A stretch of DNA of 64,000 bases from NCBI GenBank assembly GCA_963719425.1, contig OY970382.1, positions 742,477 to 806,476 on the forward strand, written 5' to 3'. Position 1 is the first letter of the stretch; each line of letters opens with the position of its first letter. A model generated the notes under the pieces. That model did not search any database. It saw only the letters and a program-made list of their open reading frames with translations, and was not told the DNA's origin. Positions 25,682 to 35,486 of this stretch are shown piece by piece. The stretch comes from an uncultured bacterium (GTDB lineage Bacteria; Patescibacteriota; Minisyncoccia; UBA6257; 2-01-FULL-56-20). The translations under genes were made by a program, and so were the position numbers.

Positions 25682-28231
25682 TCACACCACGCTTACGAAA
25701 TCAAAGGCGGCGCCCGCGGCGCCCGCCGCAGCGCCTGCTGTGTCACCCGTAAGCACAAGCTTCACACGGCTCCCCTTGCCGATCTTCTTTGAAAGAATGG
25801 CACGGGAAAGCGGCGCCTTGAGCTTTTCGTCAATGACACGGCGCAGGGGACGCGCGCCGAACGCCGGGTCGTAACCGAGCTTCACGAGCTGCGCTACCGC
25901 CGCCGGATCAAAATCAAGCGCGATACCCTGATCTTTCACCGTTTCCGCAAGCTCCTTCAAATTCAGCTCCACGATCTTCCCGAGTTCCTTCGGGCCAAGA
26001 TCCCTGAAAATGACGATCTTGAAAAAACGATTCAGGAGCTCCGGCTTGAAAACGTCCACGAGCCGTTTTTTGAGGTACTCTGCGATGTCCGCCATCGTCT
26101 CTCCTTTCGCGAGGGACTCATTGATGATGTCGGAGTGCGCGTTGGAGGTCGCAATGATGATCGTGTTCGTAAAGTCAATTGTGCGGCCAAGATTGTCCGT
26201 GAGGCGGCCATCGTCCAACACTTGGAGAAACAAATTTAGGATATCCGGGAATGCCTTTTCAAACTCATCAAGGAGGATCAAGCTATACGGCTTGTCGTGA
26301 ATCGCATCCGTCAATGCGCCGCGCGTGGCCCCATCCGGCGAGCCGATAAAATGGAAGAAGCTCGCCTTGTCCTGGTACTCCGTCATGTCAAACCGCACCA
26401 TCATTTTTTCCGAGCCGAACTGCACCGTTGCGAGCGTTTTCGCAAGCTCGGTCTTCCCGACACCGGTCGGACCCACAAAAAGGAAACTGGCGATCGGTCC
26501 GCCCTTGCGCGTAAGGCCGCTCCGATATTCGCGGAGCGACTCCGCGATCGCCGTGACCGCCTCCTCCTGGTCCACGAGCCGCTCATGGATAATTTCTTCA
26601 AGGTGCAATAATTTTTCCACTTCCTCGCCGCCCGCTTCGCGAATCGGCATGTGCGCCTTTGCTTCGGCCACCGTCATCACGCGATCCGCCGTCAATGTTT
26701 TTTCACCGCGTTCTTCCGCATCCACGAGCGCCGACTTCAAAAGTTCCTCGGCGCTTGATGGTAGGAATTTGTCCCTGAAATATTTCTTGGCGAGCGTGAC
26801 CGCGCATTTCACCGCGCCGAAACTGATGAGAACGCGGCTCTGCTCTTCAAGAAGCAGGCTTTCATACGTGAGGACCTTCCCCGCTTCCGCTTCGGTCACC
26901 TCGCTTATATGGATGACCTCAAAAGCGCCCACAAAATCGCTCCGCGGTTCTATAAATTGTTTGAATTCCCTCGGATACGTAGCGCCGACGACTGGAAATG
27001 CATTATTTTTGATGACGGGCATCAAAATATCCGCCGCCGAAAGATAGGCTGTGCCGGAAGTGTGCACAAGGTCGTGGATGTCCGGGATATAGACAATGAT
27101 GTTCCCCGCCATGTAAATTTCTTCCACGATTTTTTTGAGCCGTGCGGACAGTTCCTCCGGCGGCGCGCCGGCCACGAGATTTTGCAGCTCAATGGACACA
27201 AGCCGCTTGTCAAAAAGCGCCCTCGGCACCTTGTCCTTGGTGAGCGCAAAGGCAAGATGTTGCACCACGGTCTCCTTCCCGATCCCCGGCTCGCCGACGA
27301 GTAGCGCATTCGGATTCACGGGACGGCCGAGCGTCTCCACAAGCCGTTCGTACTCGGCATCGTGGCCGATCAAAAATCCCACCTGTTGCGCACGCGCAAG
27401 ATCGGTAAAGTCGGTGCCGTACCTGTCCAACGTCGGCGTCGGCCGGGCCGTCCACGCCCGGTTCATAATGCGGTGCCGCAGGTGGCGGTTTGATTCAAAA
27501 ACAAAACCGCTCACGGCGCGGGGAAAACGACGTATGAACGAGCGCTTGACCGAAAAGATGAGCGCAGTCTCCAAATCCCCCGCCTCTATTGAAAACATGT
27601 GGAAAAGCCGGTCCATAACGTCAGATTTTGCCTTTGCGAGAGCTGAAAAGAGATCGCTCGGCTCTATGAAATTATGGCCAGCGGTAAGCGCCTCGCTGAA
27701 GGCGGCCACCACAAGTGCTTCGGCACTTTTGAGATATTCCTCGTGCGATGCCATTTCCGCGGAAACCGGCTCCGCAAGTAATTCGGTGAGCTTCGCTTTG
27801 AATTCGTCCGGTTTCACATCAAGGCGGCGCAAGCCCTCCCCCATGCGCGGGAGATCCACAAGGCGCCCGGTGACGCAAAGGAAAAAGTTCTGCTTCGCAA
27901 CGAGGCCGTAATCAAACGCGCGCGCGAGCGCCGAGAAGGCGGCAGGCGTGAGGAGCCACGCGAGATTGATTTTTCCCTGCGACGGAAGCTCCGCGATGGG
28001 GAGGTCCGCTTCGCCCCAATGCACAAGCCGGTCCAAAAAGACGAGTCCCAGAAAAATCCCGGCGTACCGGAGCGGCCGCATCCCCGAAATGAGAAGTGTC
28101 GCGGCAGCGAAAAGCAAAACCAAGTATGTGATGTAGCTCACGACGCGGACCGTGAATCTTCCCGCGATCGTCATCTTGAGCCGCGGATCATCAAGCCGCA
28201 CCTCGTAGTGATTAGAGCCCTCTTGCGGCAT
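25682..28231 (-). CDS. Clp/Hsp100 AAA+ ATPase (ClpC-like) with predicted N-terminal transmembrane segments
   Basis: Two Walker A motifs (GEPGIGKE, GPTGVGKT) and Clp_N-like repeats. The first ~75 aa are hydrophobic. Confidence 0.85.
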   Translation of the reverse strand: MPQEGSNHYEVRLDDPRLKMTIAGRFTVRVVSYITYLVLLFAAATLLISGMRPLRYAGIFLGLVFLDRLVHWGEADLPIAELPSQGKINLAWLLTPAAFSALARAFDYGLVAKQNFFLCVTGRLVDLPRMGEGLRRLDVKPDEFKAKLTELLAEPVSAEMASHEEYLKSAEALVVAAFSEALTAGHNFIEPSDLFSALAKAKSDVMDRLFHMFSIEAGDLETALIFSVKRSFIRRFPRAVSGFVFESNRHLRHRIMNRAWTARPTPTLDRYGTDFTDLARAQQVGFLIGHDAEYERLVETLGRPVNPNALLVGEPGIGKETVVQHLAFALTKDKVPRALFDKRLVSIELQNLVAGAPPEELSARLKKIVEEIYMAGNIIVYIPDIHDLVHTSGTAYLSAADILMPVIKNNAFPVVGATYPREFKQFIEPRSDFVGAFEVIHISEVTEAEAGKVLTYESLLLEEQSRVLISFGAVKCAVTLAKKYFRDKFLPSSAEELLKSALVDAEERGEKTLTADRVMTVAEAKAHMPIREAGGEEVEKLLHLEEIIHERLVDQEEAVTAIAESLREYRSGLTRKGGPIASFLFVGPTGVGKTELAKTLATVQFGSEKMMVRFDMTEYQDKASFFHFIGSPDGATRGALTDAIHDKPYSLILLDEFEKAFPDILNLFLQVLDDGRLTDNLGRTIDFTNTIIIATSNAHSDIINESLAKGETMADIAEYLKKRLVDVFKPELLNRFFKIVIFRDLGPKELGKIVELNLKELAETVKDQGIALDFDPAAVAQLVKLGYDPAFGARPLRRVIDEKLKAPLSRAILSKKIGKGSRVKLVLTGDTAGAAAGAAGAAFDFVSVV

Positions 28232-28559
28232 TGAAAATAATAACGGCCGGCGTCGCGAGCCAGATCACGTAGAAGAGGAGAAAAAGTAGTGCAATCACCG
28301 CGTATACCACGCCGCCGATCAAAATCCTGCAGGTCCGGAAGATAATGCCGAGGATGCGCCCGATGATCGTGTAGTCGCCGTAGAGCGGCCGGAAAAAGTA
28401 CCGCAGGGTGACCTTGACCGCAAACGAGCGATCAGCCCCTTCCAATGTCGTGATAAACCGATGTCCGATCCTGCGCGAACCGTCCACGTACCAATGATGA
28501 AAGAAATCCGTGAGGCGATAAAAGAACCGCTGCACAAGATACGCCGGCGCGAAATCCAT
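28212..28559 (-). CDS. Hypothetical small membrane protein
   Basis: 115-aa ORF overlapping the clpC-like start. Hydrophobic C-terminus. Confidence 0.4.
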   Translation of the reverse strand: MDFAPAYLVQRFFYRLTDFFHHWYVDGSRRIGHRFITTLEGADRSFAVKVTLRYFFRPLYGDYTIIGRILGIIFRTCRILIGGVVYAVIALLFLLFYVIWLATPAVIIFNAARGL

Positions 28560-28573
28560 GCCTTAATGATACC

Positions 28574-29215
28574 TCAAAAAAGGCCAGGTTGCTTTGGCTT
28601 CGCTGCGTTCTTCGTAGCCCTTGCCGGCTTCGCCGCCGCGACGGGCGCAACCACTTCTATGGTAAGTTCACCCTTCAGAATCTTGGGCAGCTTTCTAAAA
28701 TCCTCGCGAAGCGCGCCCATCACCTGCTCCGGCGAACGGAGCGCGGCGGCGGTGTGATAGATCGGGAACACGATTCTCTCCTCCACCTTAAACACCCGCC
28801 CATGGTCACGTGTGATCTTCGCATCGGGCAGGAAGTAATTCATCGCGAAGCGGCCCACCGCGACGATTACTTTCGGATTGATAATCTCTATTTGTCGCGT
28901 GAGATACGGCTCATACGCCTCAATTTCAGAAGGCAGCGGATCACGATTCTCCGGCGGGCGGCGCTTAATGATGTTCGTAATATAAACGTCCTCACGCTTC
29001 CAGCCGATATCCTTGATGAGATCGTCCAAAAGTTGCCCGGCCCTCCCCACGAACGGCCGCTTCAGCCGGTCCTCGTTATAGCCCGGTCCTTCGCCAATGA
29101 ACATCACCTCGCAATCAATATCCCCCTCGCCGAAGACCAGGTTTGATTCCCGGAACGGTAGGGGCGCGGCGGCGGCCTCCGCCGCGAGCTTCGCAAGTTC
29201 CGCACGCTTGTCCAT
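28574..29215 (-). CDS. Uracil-DNA glycosylase, family 4
   Basis: FIGEGPGYNEDRLKRPFVGRAGQLLD is the family-4 UDG motif. Confidence 0.8.
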   Translation of the reverse strand: MDKRAELAKLAAEAAAAPLPFRESNLVFGEGDIDCEVMFIGEGPGYNEDRLKRPFVGRAGQLLDDLIKDIGWKREDVYITNIIKRRPPENRDPLPSEIEAYEPYLTRQIEIINPKVIVAVGRFAMNYFLPDAKITRDHGRVFKVEERIVFPIYHTAAALRSPEQVMGALREDFRKLPKILKGELTIEVVAPVAAAKPARATKNAAKPKQPGLF

Positions 29216-29265
29216 ATAGGACAGTATAACTCAACGCGCGGTGAACGCGTATGGGAAGTAGCGCC

Positions 29266-29871
29266 CTAACTCTTTGGAATTCTCAGGTGATCTAGATCGC
29301 CAAGCGAAAATCCCAAGTCCGAGAAAATAATATCCCGTAAATAAATCCCGCCGACAAGAAGCACTTCATCAATACTTGCCCCAACCCTGAATGCTCCGTC
29401 CTTCAGGCCGTTTACTATATCCGGGTAATGCATGGGCAACTCTTTTACCACTTCCAATGTCGCATTTTCCGCATCGTAGGCGTTTGAGACATTCTTCGTT
29501 CGCACCAACTGGAGGAGTTGAGCTTTTTTAGCGTCAATAACTGCTTTAATGCCGCTGCCATTCAGTATGGCATTGCCTTTCGCATTGAGCCGACGCGGGG
29601 AGCGCGAAGGAGTGATGCGATCTCTCCAAAGAATGTCAACCTTCGGAAACATGTCGTCCACCTTGGACTTGATCCCATCTATCTCCCCTTTCATCCCTGT
29701 AATTTCCTCTTTCACCCCCGTAAGGTCCCTCTGCATAAAGATCGTTCTTTCATCAATCCTCGCAATCAGCTCGCGGGTGTTGCCGAGGAGCATCGCCGAA
29801 AGCCAGTTGCCCACCGTTTTCACTTTTCCCACCGCTTCATTTTTGCTCATGGTTCGTCTTGCGACCATCAT
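29266..29871 (-). CDS. Hypothetical protein
   Basis: 201-aa ORF. Confidence 0.4.
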   Translation of the reverse strand: MMVARRTMSKNEAVGKVKTVGNWLSAMLLGNTRELIARIDERTIFMQRDLTGVKEEITGMKGEIDGIKSKVDDMFPKVDILWRDRITPSRSPRRLNAKGNAILNGSGIKAVIDAKKAQLLQLVRTKNVSNAYDAENATLEVVKELPMHYPDIVNGLKDGAFRVGASIDEVLLVGGIYLRDIIFSDLGFSLGDLDHLRIPKS

Positions 29872-29943
29872 AGCGAGCGCGAGCAGAAAGTCAAAGATTA
29901 TTTAATGATTTTTTAATCAAAGGAAGTGCGATATGCTTAATGA

Positions 29944-30498
29944 ATGGACCTCCGTCTGGGAACTCTGAAGGTTGTTCCCGCGAGCGAACACCTGGAACTG
30001 GTCGCAAAAGGGGTTGCAAGCATGCTTTCATCCTTGCCCGATGCAAATGAGATAGGAGTGGCCGAGATAGACCCAAACCTTTCCGACACAGCAGCGTTCT
30101 GCAAACACTATCAGGTTGAGATGAACCAAGCGGCTAACTGCGTGGTTCTTGAAGCAAAGCGTGCCGAGCGAACATGGTTCGCGGCCTGCGTTATCCTCGG
30201 GAATACCCGTGCCGATGTGAATGGTCTGGCTCGCCGTACCCTTGATGCCCGCAGGGCGTCATTTGCATCTATGGACCAAGTGGTGGCCCAGACCGGAATG
30301 GAATACGGAGCTATTACTCCTATCGGCCTTCCCAGCGACTGGCCCATTCTTGTTGATAAGGCCGTGGTTGATGCAGAATATGTCATTATCGGGAGCGGCA
30401 TCCGCAAATCCAAATTAGTTTTACCAGGAAAACTTCTCGCTAGCTTGCCCAATGTTCAGGTCTTGGAAGAGCTCGGACGCCGGGCCAGCGCTGGATAA
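29944..30498 (+). CDS. YbaK/ProX-like aminoacyl-tRNA deacylase domain protein
   Basis: 184 aa with YbaK/prolyl-tRNA editing domain-like sequence. Start uncertain. Confidence 0.6.
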   Translation: MDLRLGTLKVVPASEHLELVAKGVASMLSSLPDANEIGVAEIDPNLSDTAAFCKHYQVEMNQAANCVVLEAKRAERTWFAACVILGNTRADVNGLARRTLDARRASFASMDQVVAQTGMEYGAITPIGLPSDWPILVDKAVVDAEYVIIGSGIRKSKLVLPGKLLASLPNVQVLEELGRRASAG

Positions 30499-30591
30499 TT
30501 CGCCTACCCGTTAATTCTGTTTCGTCCTACGAGACTCACCAGGCGAGAGAAAAACATCTCGCGACAGAGAGGGGTTTTGTCTTGAGTTCCC

Positions 30592-31173
30592 TCAAACTCG
30601 CTTGCGCAGTGATAATGCCGTGATGGCCGTGTGGTGCGCAAGACAGATCATAGGGCTCACATAGTCCATCAACTGCGTTTTGGGCTGTAGTGTGAGCGCG
30701 ATGATGTTCAGGACAAAGGCCAGGGTCCAGAGCAGCCATGGCCTGGTCGGCTCGTTGCGCGGATCGCGCAGGACGTTCCGATATGTCGGGATGAATGCCA
30801 AGCAGTACGCAATCTGATTGATCAGATTCCCTCCTGCCGCAGTCCGGTAGAGCACCCACAGCAGTACGGCGATGAGACTCACAAGTGTGATCCATTTATC
30901 TTTCTCGTCCACATGGACGTGTCCCTTGAGGCGGATCAGAACGACCAGTGTGGTTCCCACGCAGACCACGAAGTCCGTCAGGAGCACTGCGACATTGACA
31001 AAATTCGCAGTCCAACTGAGATATGTCAGGGAGTTGATGAGAGTGATCAAGCTGAAGAGCCCCCAGGCAGCAAATGCCGGAAGATTCTTCCCAAGGATCA
31101 CGCCCTCGTTATATATCCAGAATGCGACCAGGAAGGTCGCACTCGCCGATAGAAACAATGCGGTAGCAACCAC
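30592..31173 (-). CDS. Hypothetical polytopic membrane protein
   Basis: 193 aa with multiple hydrophobic helices. Confidence 0.45.
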   Translation of the reverse strand: MVATALFLSASATFLVAFWIYNEGVILGKNLPAFAAWGLFSLITLINSLTYLSWTANFVNVAVLLTDFVVCVGTTLVVLIRLKGHVHVDEKDKWITLVSLIAVLLWVLYRTAAGGNLINQIAYCLAFIPTYRNVLRDPRNEPTRPWLLWTLAFVLNIIALTLQPKTQLMDYVSPMICLAHHTAITALSLRKRV

Positions 31174-31319
31174 GGCAATCCTCCAGTCTTTGCATGCAGC
31201 GGAATTTGAAAACCAAATCTGAACAAATTATAGCATTTATACGCCTATTTTGTCAAGCATATTTCTTTCGGACAGGTAAGGACGAGAACATTGTCCAAAC
31301 CAAGGTATAATAAGCACAA

Positions 31320-31961
31320 ATGAGATTGATTCTTTTTGGTGGAGCGGAAGTAGCCCTAGGCCAAGTGAAGCCCGAACTGAAACTTATTGAAAAAGTTATC
31401 AAGCGACTGAAGCCAAAACAAGTCCTACACATTCCCTTCGCAAGAACGAGGGCTAAAGAAAAAGAATGGAGAGAGGGTTGGTTTGCTAAGAATGTTTATA
31501 TAGGAAACATCAAATACTTGAACGCCAAAAGAAAGCAAGATATCCGGAAGACATCCGATCCTCTGATCTTTATAAGTGGCGGGGGTGAAAAAATTAACTT
31601 GATGAGAAAGATAAGATCCAATCCCAATCTTCTGCATCTAATAAAAAATGCTTCTCGCATCGTCGGCGAGTCGGCAGGAAGCGAGATCCTTGGGGCATAT
31701 TTCAGGTCAAAAGGAGCTGATCCTCGCAGTCCCATGATGAAAGGTTTGGATATCATTAAAAACGCGGTGATAGAGCCGCACTATACGGAAAGAAAGCGGC
31801 AAAAACTACTTCTCAAAGATATGCAGCAAGCTCGCGTTCAATATGGAATAGGCATCGATTGCATGACGGCGATAGAGTTTGAAGTGAATGCGTTCCCAAA
31901 GAAATATAAGAAGATAGGGACCGGCGCTGTGGTGGTGAGGAAGTCGCCTGCTCTGTGTTGA
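31320..31961 (+). CDS. Peptidase S51 (peptidase E / cyanophycinase-like) family protein
   Basis: LFGGAE... GESAGS nucleophile-serine motif. AT-rich gene. Confidence 0.6.
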   Translation: MRLILFGGAEVALGQVKPELKLIEKVIKRLKPKQVLHIPFARTRAKEKEWREGWFAKNVYIGNIKYLNAKRKQDIRKTSDPLIFISGGGEKINLMRKIRSNPNLLHLIKNASRIVGESAGSEILGAYFRSKGADPRSPMMKGLDIIKNAVIEPHYTERKRQKLLLKDMQQARVQYGIGIDCMTAIEFEVNAFPKKYKKIGTGAVVVRKSPALC

Positions 31962-32022
31962 GCGGGATTATCGCTTGAGCATCGTCCGCGACGGCCAGTC
32001 AAAATAAGCTATAATTTCAGTA

Positions 32023-32514
32023 ATGAATCCAAAGCACGAAACCTTCGTTAGAGACCTCATCAAGGGGAAAATTGCCGAGATTATATTCGAACAAATGTTT
32101 CGTGAATCTGGGAAGTATACCATCCTCCATTCGGGCTATGAGTATACCCTTCCCGAGCTTGCCCAATATCAACACCTAGCAGAGATTAAAACTGTCATGG
32201 AAAATATCCGCAACGCCCCCGATTTCGTACTAGTATCTCAAGATAAAAAAGAGGTCTACCTTGTTGAGGTTAAATACCGTGCGCGCAGAGATCCGGAATA
32301 TCTCAAGCAAATCGTCCAAGAAACACTAAAAGTTTGGAATCCCTCCTGGCTATTCGTCGCTTCGCCTGACGGTTTCTTTTTTGAACCCTGCAATACAATT
32401 CTTACGAACGAAGGGCATATCGGCGCGCTCGTGAACGAAAAGTTTGTCGATCATAAAATCCGCGATGAATATTTGAAATTGCTGAACCAGTTTGAAATGA
32501 ACATCCCAAACTAG
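32023..32514 (+). CDS. Hypothetical protein, possible PD-(D/E)xK nuclease fold
   Basis: PDFVLV...EVYLVEVKY resembles a D...E.K core. AT-rich. Confidence 0.4.
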   Translation: MNPKHETFVRDLIKGKIAEIIFEQMFRESGKYTILHSGYEYTLPELAQYQHLAEIKTVMENIRNAPDFVLVSQDKKEVYLVEVKYRARRDPEYLKQIVQETLKVWNPSWLFVASPDGFFFEPCNTILTNEGHIGALVNEKFVDHKIRDEYLKLLNQFEMNIPN

Positions 32515-32899
32515 CTCGTTTTTGGTGCTAAACTAGAAGACTATTGTTAAGATGTATATAAAACTTTGTTTCCAGCTTGAATAATCGATTTTATCTATTA
32601 CTACTTATTAAAAATTGATAAAAAAGTTTTTGACATTGTAACAATAATTATGGTATTCAGAAAGAGTCACAAATGGTACAATAAAACCATGAGAAATATC
32701 AACCCAAGGGACTCATATACCTTCAGATTATTCTCTGAATTACCCTCTTTTATTGGCGGTTTCACAAGCTTGTTTGGCTTTGGGTCCATCATAGATAAAT
32801 ACAATACCGATAAGACCGAGGAGCTTGCCGATGAAAATTCAATTCACTCTGATTGGAAGGCGGTTGGTTCTGATATGTATATAGCCCTAACCAAAGCCC

Positions 32900-33343
32900 A
32901 TGAAGAGCGGAGAAGAGAGGAGCTTGCGAGTATCTAAAAGCGTAGACCCCAAGGCGGGTGAAAAACCTCGTGGAGAAGTTGGTTTTACGCATAAAAGTTT
33001 ATATAGCGGCCCCATTCCAACCCCACAGATGTTCGCTGACTTTGAAAAGGTGCTTCCCGGCTCCGCAAATAGAATTTTGACTATGGCAGAAGATCAGTCA
33101 AAACATCGTCAAAGAATAGAGACAAGAGTAATCTGGTTTGATGGTGGTCAATCTATTTTAGGATTACTACTCGCATTCTTAGTAGTCATTGCTGGTCTAG
33201 GTTTCGGGGCATATTTAATCATGAACGATAAGGCTGTTTCTGGACTTGCAACTATCTTATTGGCATTGGGATCGGTAATAGGTTCGATGGTTGTCAGACA
33301 GAGTGCAAAAAAGCCCGACGAAAAGAAAGACGAAAAGAAGTGA
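32900..33343 (+). CDS. DUF2335-like membrane protein
   Basis: SGPIPTPQMFADFEKVLPGSANRILTMAE motif plus a C-terminal TM helix. Confidence 0.5.
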   Translation: MKSGEERSLRVSKSVDPKAGEKPRGEVGFTHKSLYSGPIPTPQMFADFEKVLPGSANRILTMAEDQSKHRQRIETRVIWFDGGQSILGLLLAFLVVIAGLGFGAYLIMNDKAVSGLATILLALGSVIGSMVVRQSAKKPDEKKDEKK

Positions 33344-33385
33344 CTGGCCTCTATCCCGAAGCAGTCAATAATATACCCTATTTTG

Positions 33386-33460
33386 TGGTGCCCTCGTGAG
33401 GAATTGAACCTCAATCTTCTCCTTCGGAGGGAGATGTCCTATCCGTTGAACTACGAGGGC
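33386..33460 (-). tRNA. tRNA-Arg (anticodon CCG)
   Basis: Cloverleaf folded by hand: acceptor GCCCTCG/CGAGGGC, anticodon loop CTCCGAA, T-arm TGAGG-TTCAATT-CCTCA, CCA encoded. Confidence 0.85.
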
Positions 33461-33485
33461 CGCGTGGCGCCGTGGCCGTACGGGG

Positions 33486-34601
33486 TCAGTGTACTACAAA
33501 AGTCCAGACCTCGTAAACGGCGCCGATCACGAAAACGGCGGCGATGATATCAAGAAGAAATCTCTTCGTGACGGAGAGCGCAAGCGCCCGCCGGCCGACG
33601 GAGATAATAAGAAGATATTGCAAACTAAAGAAAAGTCCGCCAACAAGGCCGACGACCGTGAGAAAATTATTCAGGCCGAGGCCGATGAGCGCGGGTGGCA
33701 GAAGCAGAATGAGCGAGCGCGAAGCGAGCCAGCTCCATCCAAGATCCTTCTCAAGCGCATTTTTTATCTCACGGGAAATCGGCACGTAGACGGTCGCAAT
33801 CGCAAGCAAACCGAAGACGGCAGTTATTTCCTTTTTCCAAAGAGGCCAGCCCACGAGGCCGGAGACTGTGTCGGGCGTGACCGCGGGCGCAGAACCAAGG
33901 ATGCCGGCGACAAACATTATATAGAGCAGCGCCACTACGAATGACCCGAATGCAAGCGCCCGCCACGGATCCGCCGCGGCGCCCGATCCCCTGCGCGATT
34001 CATAGGCGGGTTCCACACTTGTCCATCCCGCGAGCGCAAAGAGAACGACGCCGAACGGCAGGAAAAGATTTTTAGCACTGATTGCAGGAACACCGGCGAA
34101 AGTCACCATGGGCCAGGCGCTCACGAAGATGAGAATGATGATAATGGAGGTGCAAACAATACCTGTAAGTTCAAGTTCCACCACGCGTCGGTCGCTTACA
34201 AAAATGGGGATGGCGGTAAAAAGCCAGAATATAAAAAGTGCAATGTGGGGTGCGACGGCCGGGAAGGCGAGGTGTACGAACTGCGCACCAAGAATAAGAT
34301 ATACGACGAGTGTGAGTAGGAGACCAAGCACGATCGCGGCGAACCCGACCCAGAAGCCGCTTGTCCCAAAATATTTTCTCGCGAGCCCCAGGAGCCGTTC
34401 CTTTTCGCCCAACTTCTCAAGCGTTTTCAAATAGACCACGTGCGCCGCACTCACAAACACCGCGAGGACGATCAAATAAAAAAGGCTGACGAGCCAGCCC
34501 GATTGGTAAAAAAGATAAGGGAGCGCGAACACGCCGTCTCCCACCGTCGCTGCGGCAACGATCGCGGCGACCTTCAAAAATCCGCCCCGCAGTGATCTCA
34601 T
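33486..34601 (-). CDS. Amino acid permease-like membrane transporter
   Basis: 371 aa, ~11 predicted TM helices. Confidence 0.55.
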   Translation of the reverse strand: MRSLRGGFLKVAAIVAAATVGDGVFALPYLFYQSGWLVSLFYLIVLAVFVSAAHVVYLKTLEKLGEKERLLGLARKYFGTSGFWVGFAAIVLGLLLTLVVYLILGAQFVHLAFPAVAPHIALFIFWLFTAIPIFVSDRRVVELELTGIVCTSIIIILIFVSAWPMVTFAGVPAISAKNLFLPFGVVLFALAGWTSVEPAYESRRGSGAAADPWRALAFGSFVVALLYIMFVAGILGSAPAVTPDTVSGLVGWPLWKKEITAVFGLLAIATVYVPISREIKNALEKDLGWSWLASRSLILLLPPALIGLGLNNFLTVVGLVGGLFFSLQYLLIISVGRRALALSVTKRFLLDIIAAVFVIGAVYEVWTFVVH

Positions 34602-34870
34602 TCTACGGGATACACCAAATCTCCTTCGTGGACCTTTTCGCTTACCTTGATGCCCACCTGCTCGCCCTTCGGCGCCTTGTCAATCGGCTTGTGGTCGTAC
34701 TGCATGGAATCCACCGTCTCCTTAAAATCGGTCGTCGCCCCTTTGAATGCAATTTTCGTCCCTACGGGCACCGCCTCGTTGAATTCCACGATCGCAACCC
34801 CAATCTTATTGTAGAAATGGGTGACTTTGCCGATGGGTTTGGGTGCTTTCGGAGCTTTCTTGGTAGCCAT
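34598..34870 (-). CDS. Small EF-Tu domain-2-like beta-barrel protein
   Basis: 90 aa, GKVTHFYNKIGVAIVEF...GTKIAFKG. Confidence 0.45.
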   Translation of the reverse strand: MATKKAPKAPKPIGKVTHFYNKIGVAIVEFNEAVPVGTKIAFKGATTDFKETVDSMQYDHKPIDKAPKGEQVGIKVSEKVHEGDLVYPVE

Positions 34871-34881
34871 GGGTTTTACGG

Positions 34882-35484
34882 TTATTTTTTGGCGCGACCT
34901 TTGCTGGGATCTGTTTCTTTCTCTTCCGCTTCAACCATCGCAACCACTTTGTCCAAGAGCGATTTCGGATCGGAATCAAAAACCACCTTCCCCATGCCGC
35001 GCTGCGCCACCTGGAGAATATGCTCAATCTCATCACTCTCTCCGCCGGTGCCCGTCAAAACCCCTTGCGGCTTTTTGTCTTCAAACGCGATCGTAAATTC
35101 GTTGAGCGTCCCCACGCGACCGCAAATCGTGATCACGGCGTCGGCCGTGCGCGTGAGGAGCAGGTTGCGTCCGGAATAATCAAAGCCGGTATAGACGATG
35201 AGATCGTGGTAGTCAAGCGGCAGGTGGTAGCTTTTCACGTGTGCGAGCTTTGACGCGGCCGGCGAAAGCCCGATCACGATGCCCCCGGCTTCCTTCGCTC
35301 CTTTTGCGGCCCAGTACGGAATGCCGGTTGTGGCGCCCGTCACGAGCACCATCCCGCGCTCCGCGATCATGCGGCCCATCGCTTCGGCTTTCTCAAGCGT
35401 CCCCGGCGCCGCAACATCCGTCACGGCGGAGCCGGAAACGCAGATTTTATACTTGAGGTAGGTCTTTGAAAGCTCCGGCGTCAT
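34882..35484 (-). CDS. LOG/TIGR00725-family Rossmann-fold protein
   Basis: Start taken at MTPELSKTYLKYKICVSGSA (ATG at 35484). The upstream ORF-track extension is readthrough across the neighbouring gene's end. Confidence 0.6.
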   Translation of the reverse strand: MTPELSKTYLKYKICVSGSAVTDVAAPGTLEKAEAMGRMIAERGMVLVTGATTGIPYWAAKGAKEAGGIVIGLSPAASKLAHVKSYHLPLDYHDLIVYTGFDYSGRNLLLTRTADAVITICGRVGTLNEFTIAFEDKKPQGVLTGTGGESDEIEHILQVAQRGMGKVVFDSDPKSLLDKVVAMVEAEEKETDPSKGRAKK

Positions 35485-35486
35485 AT

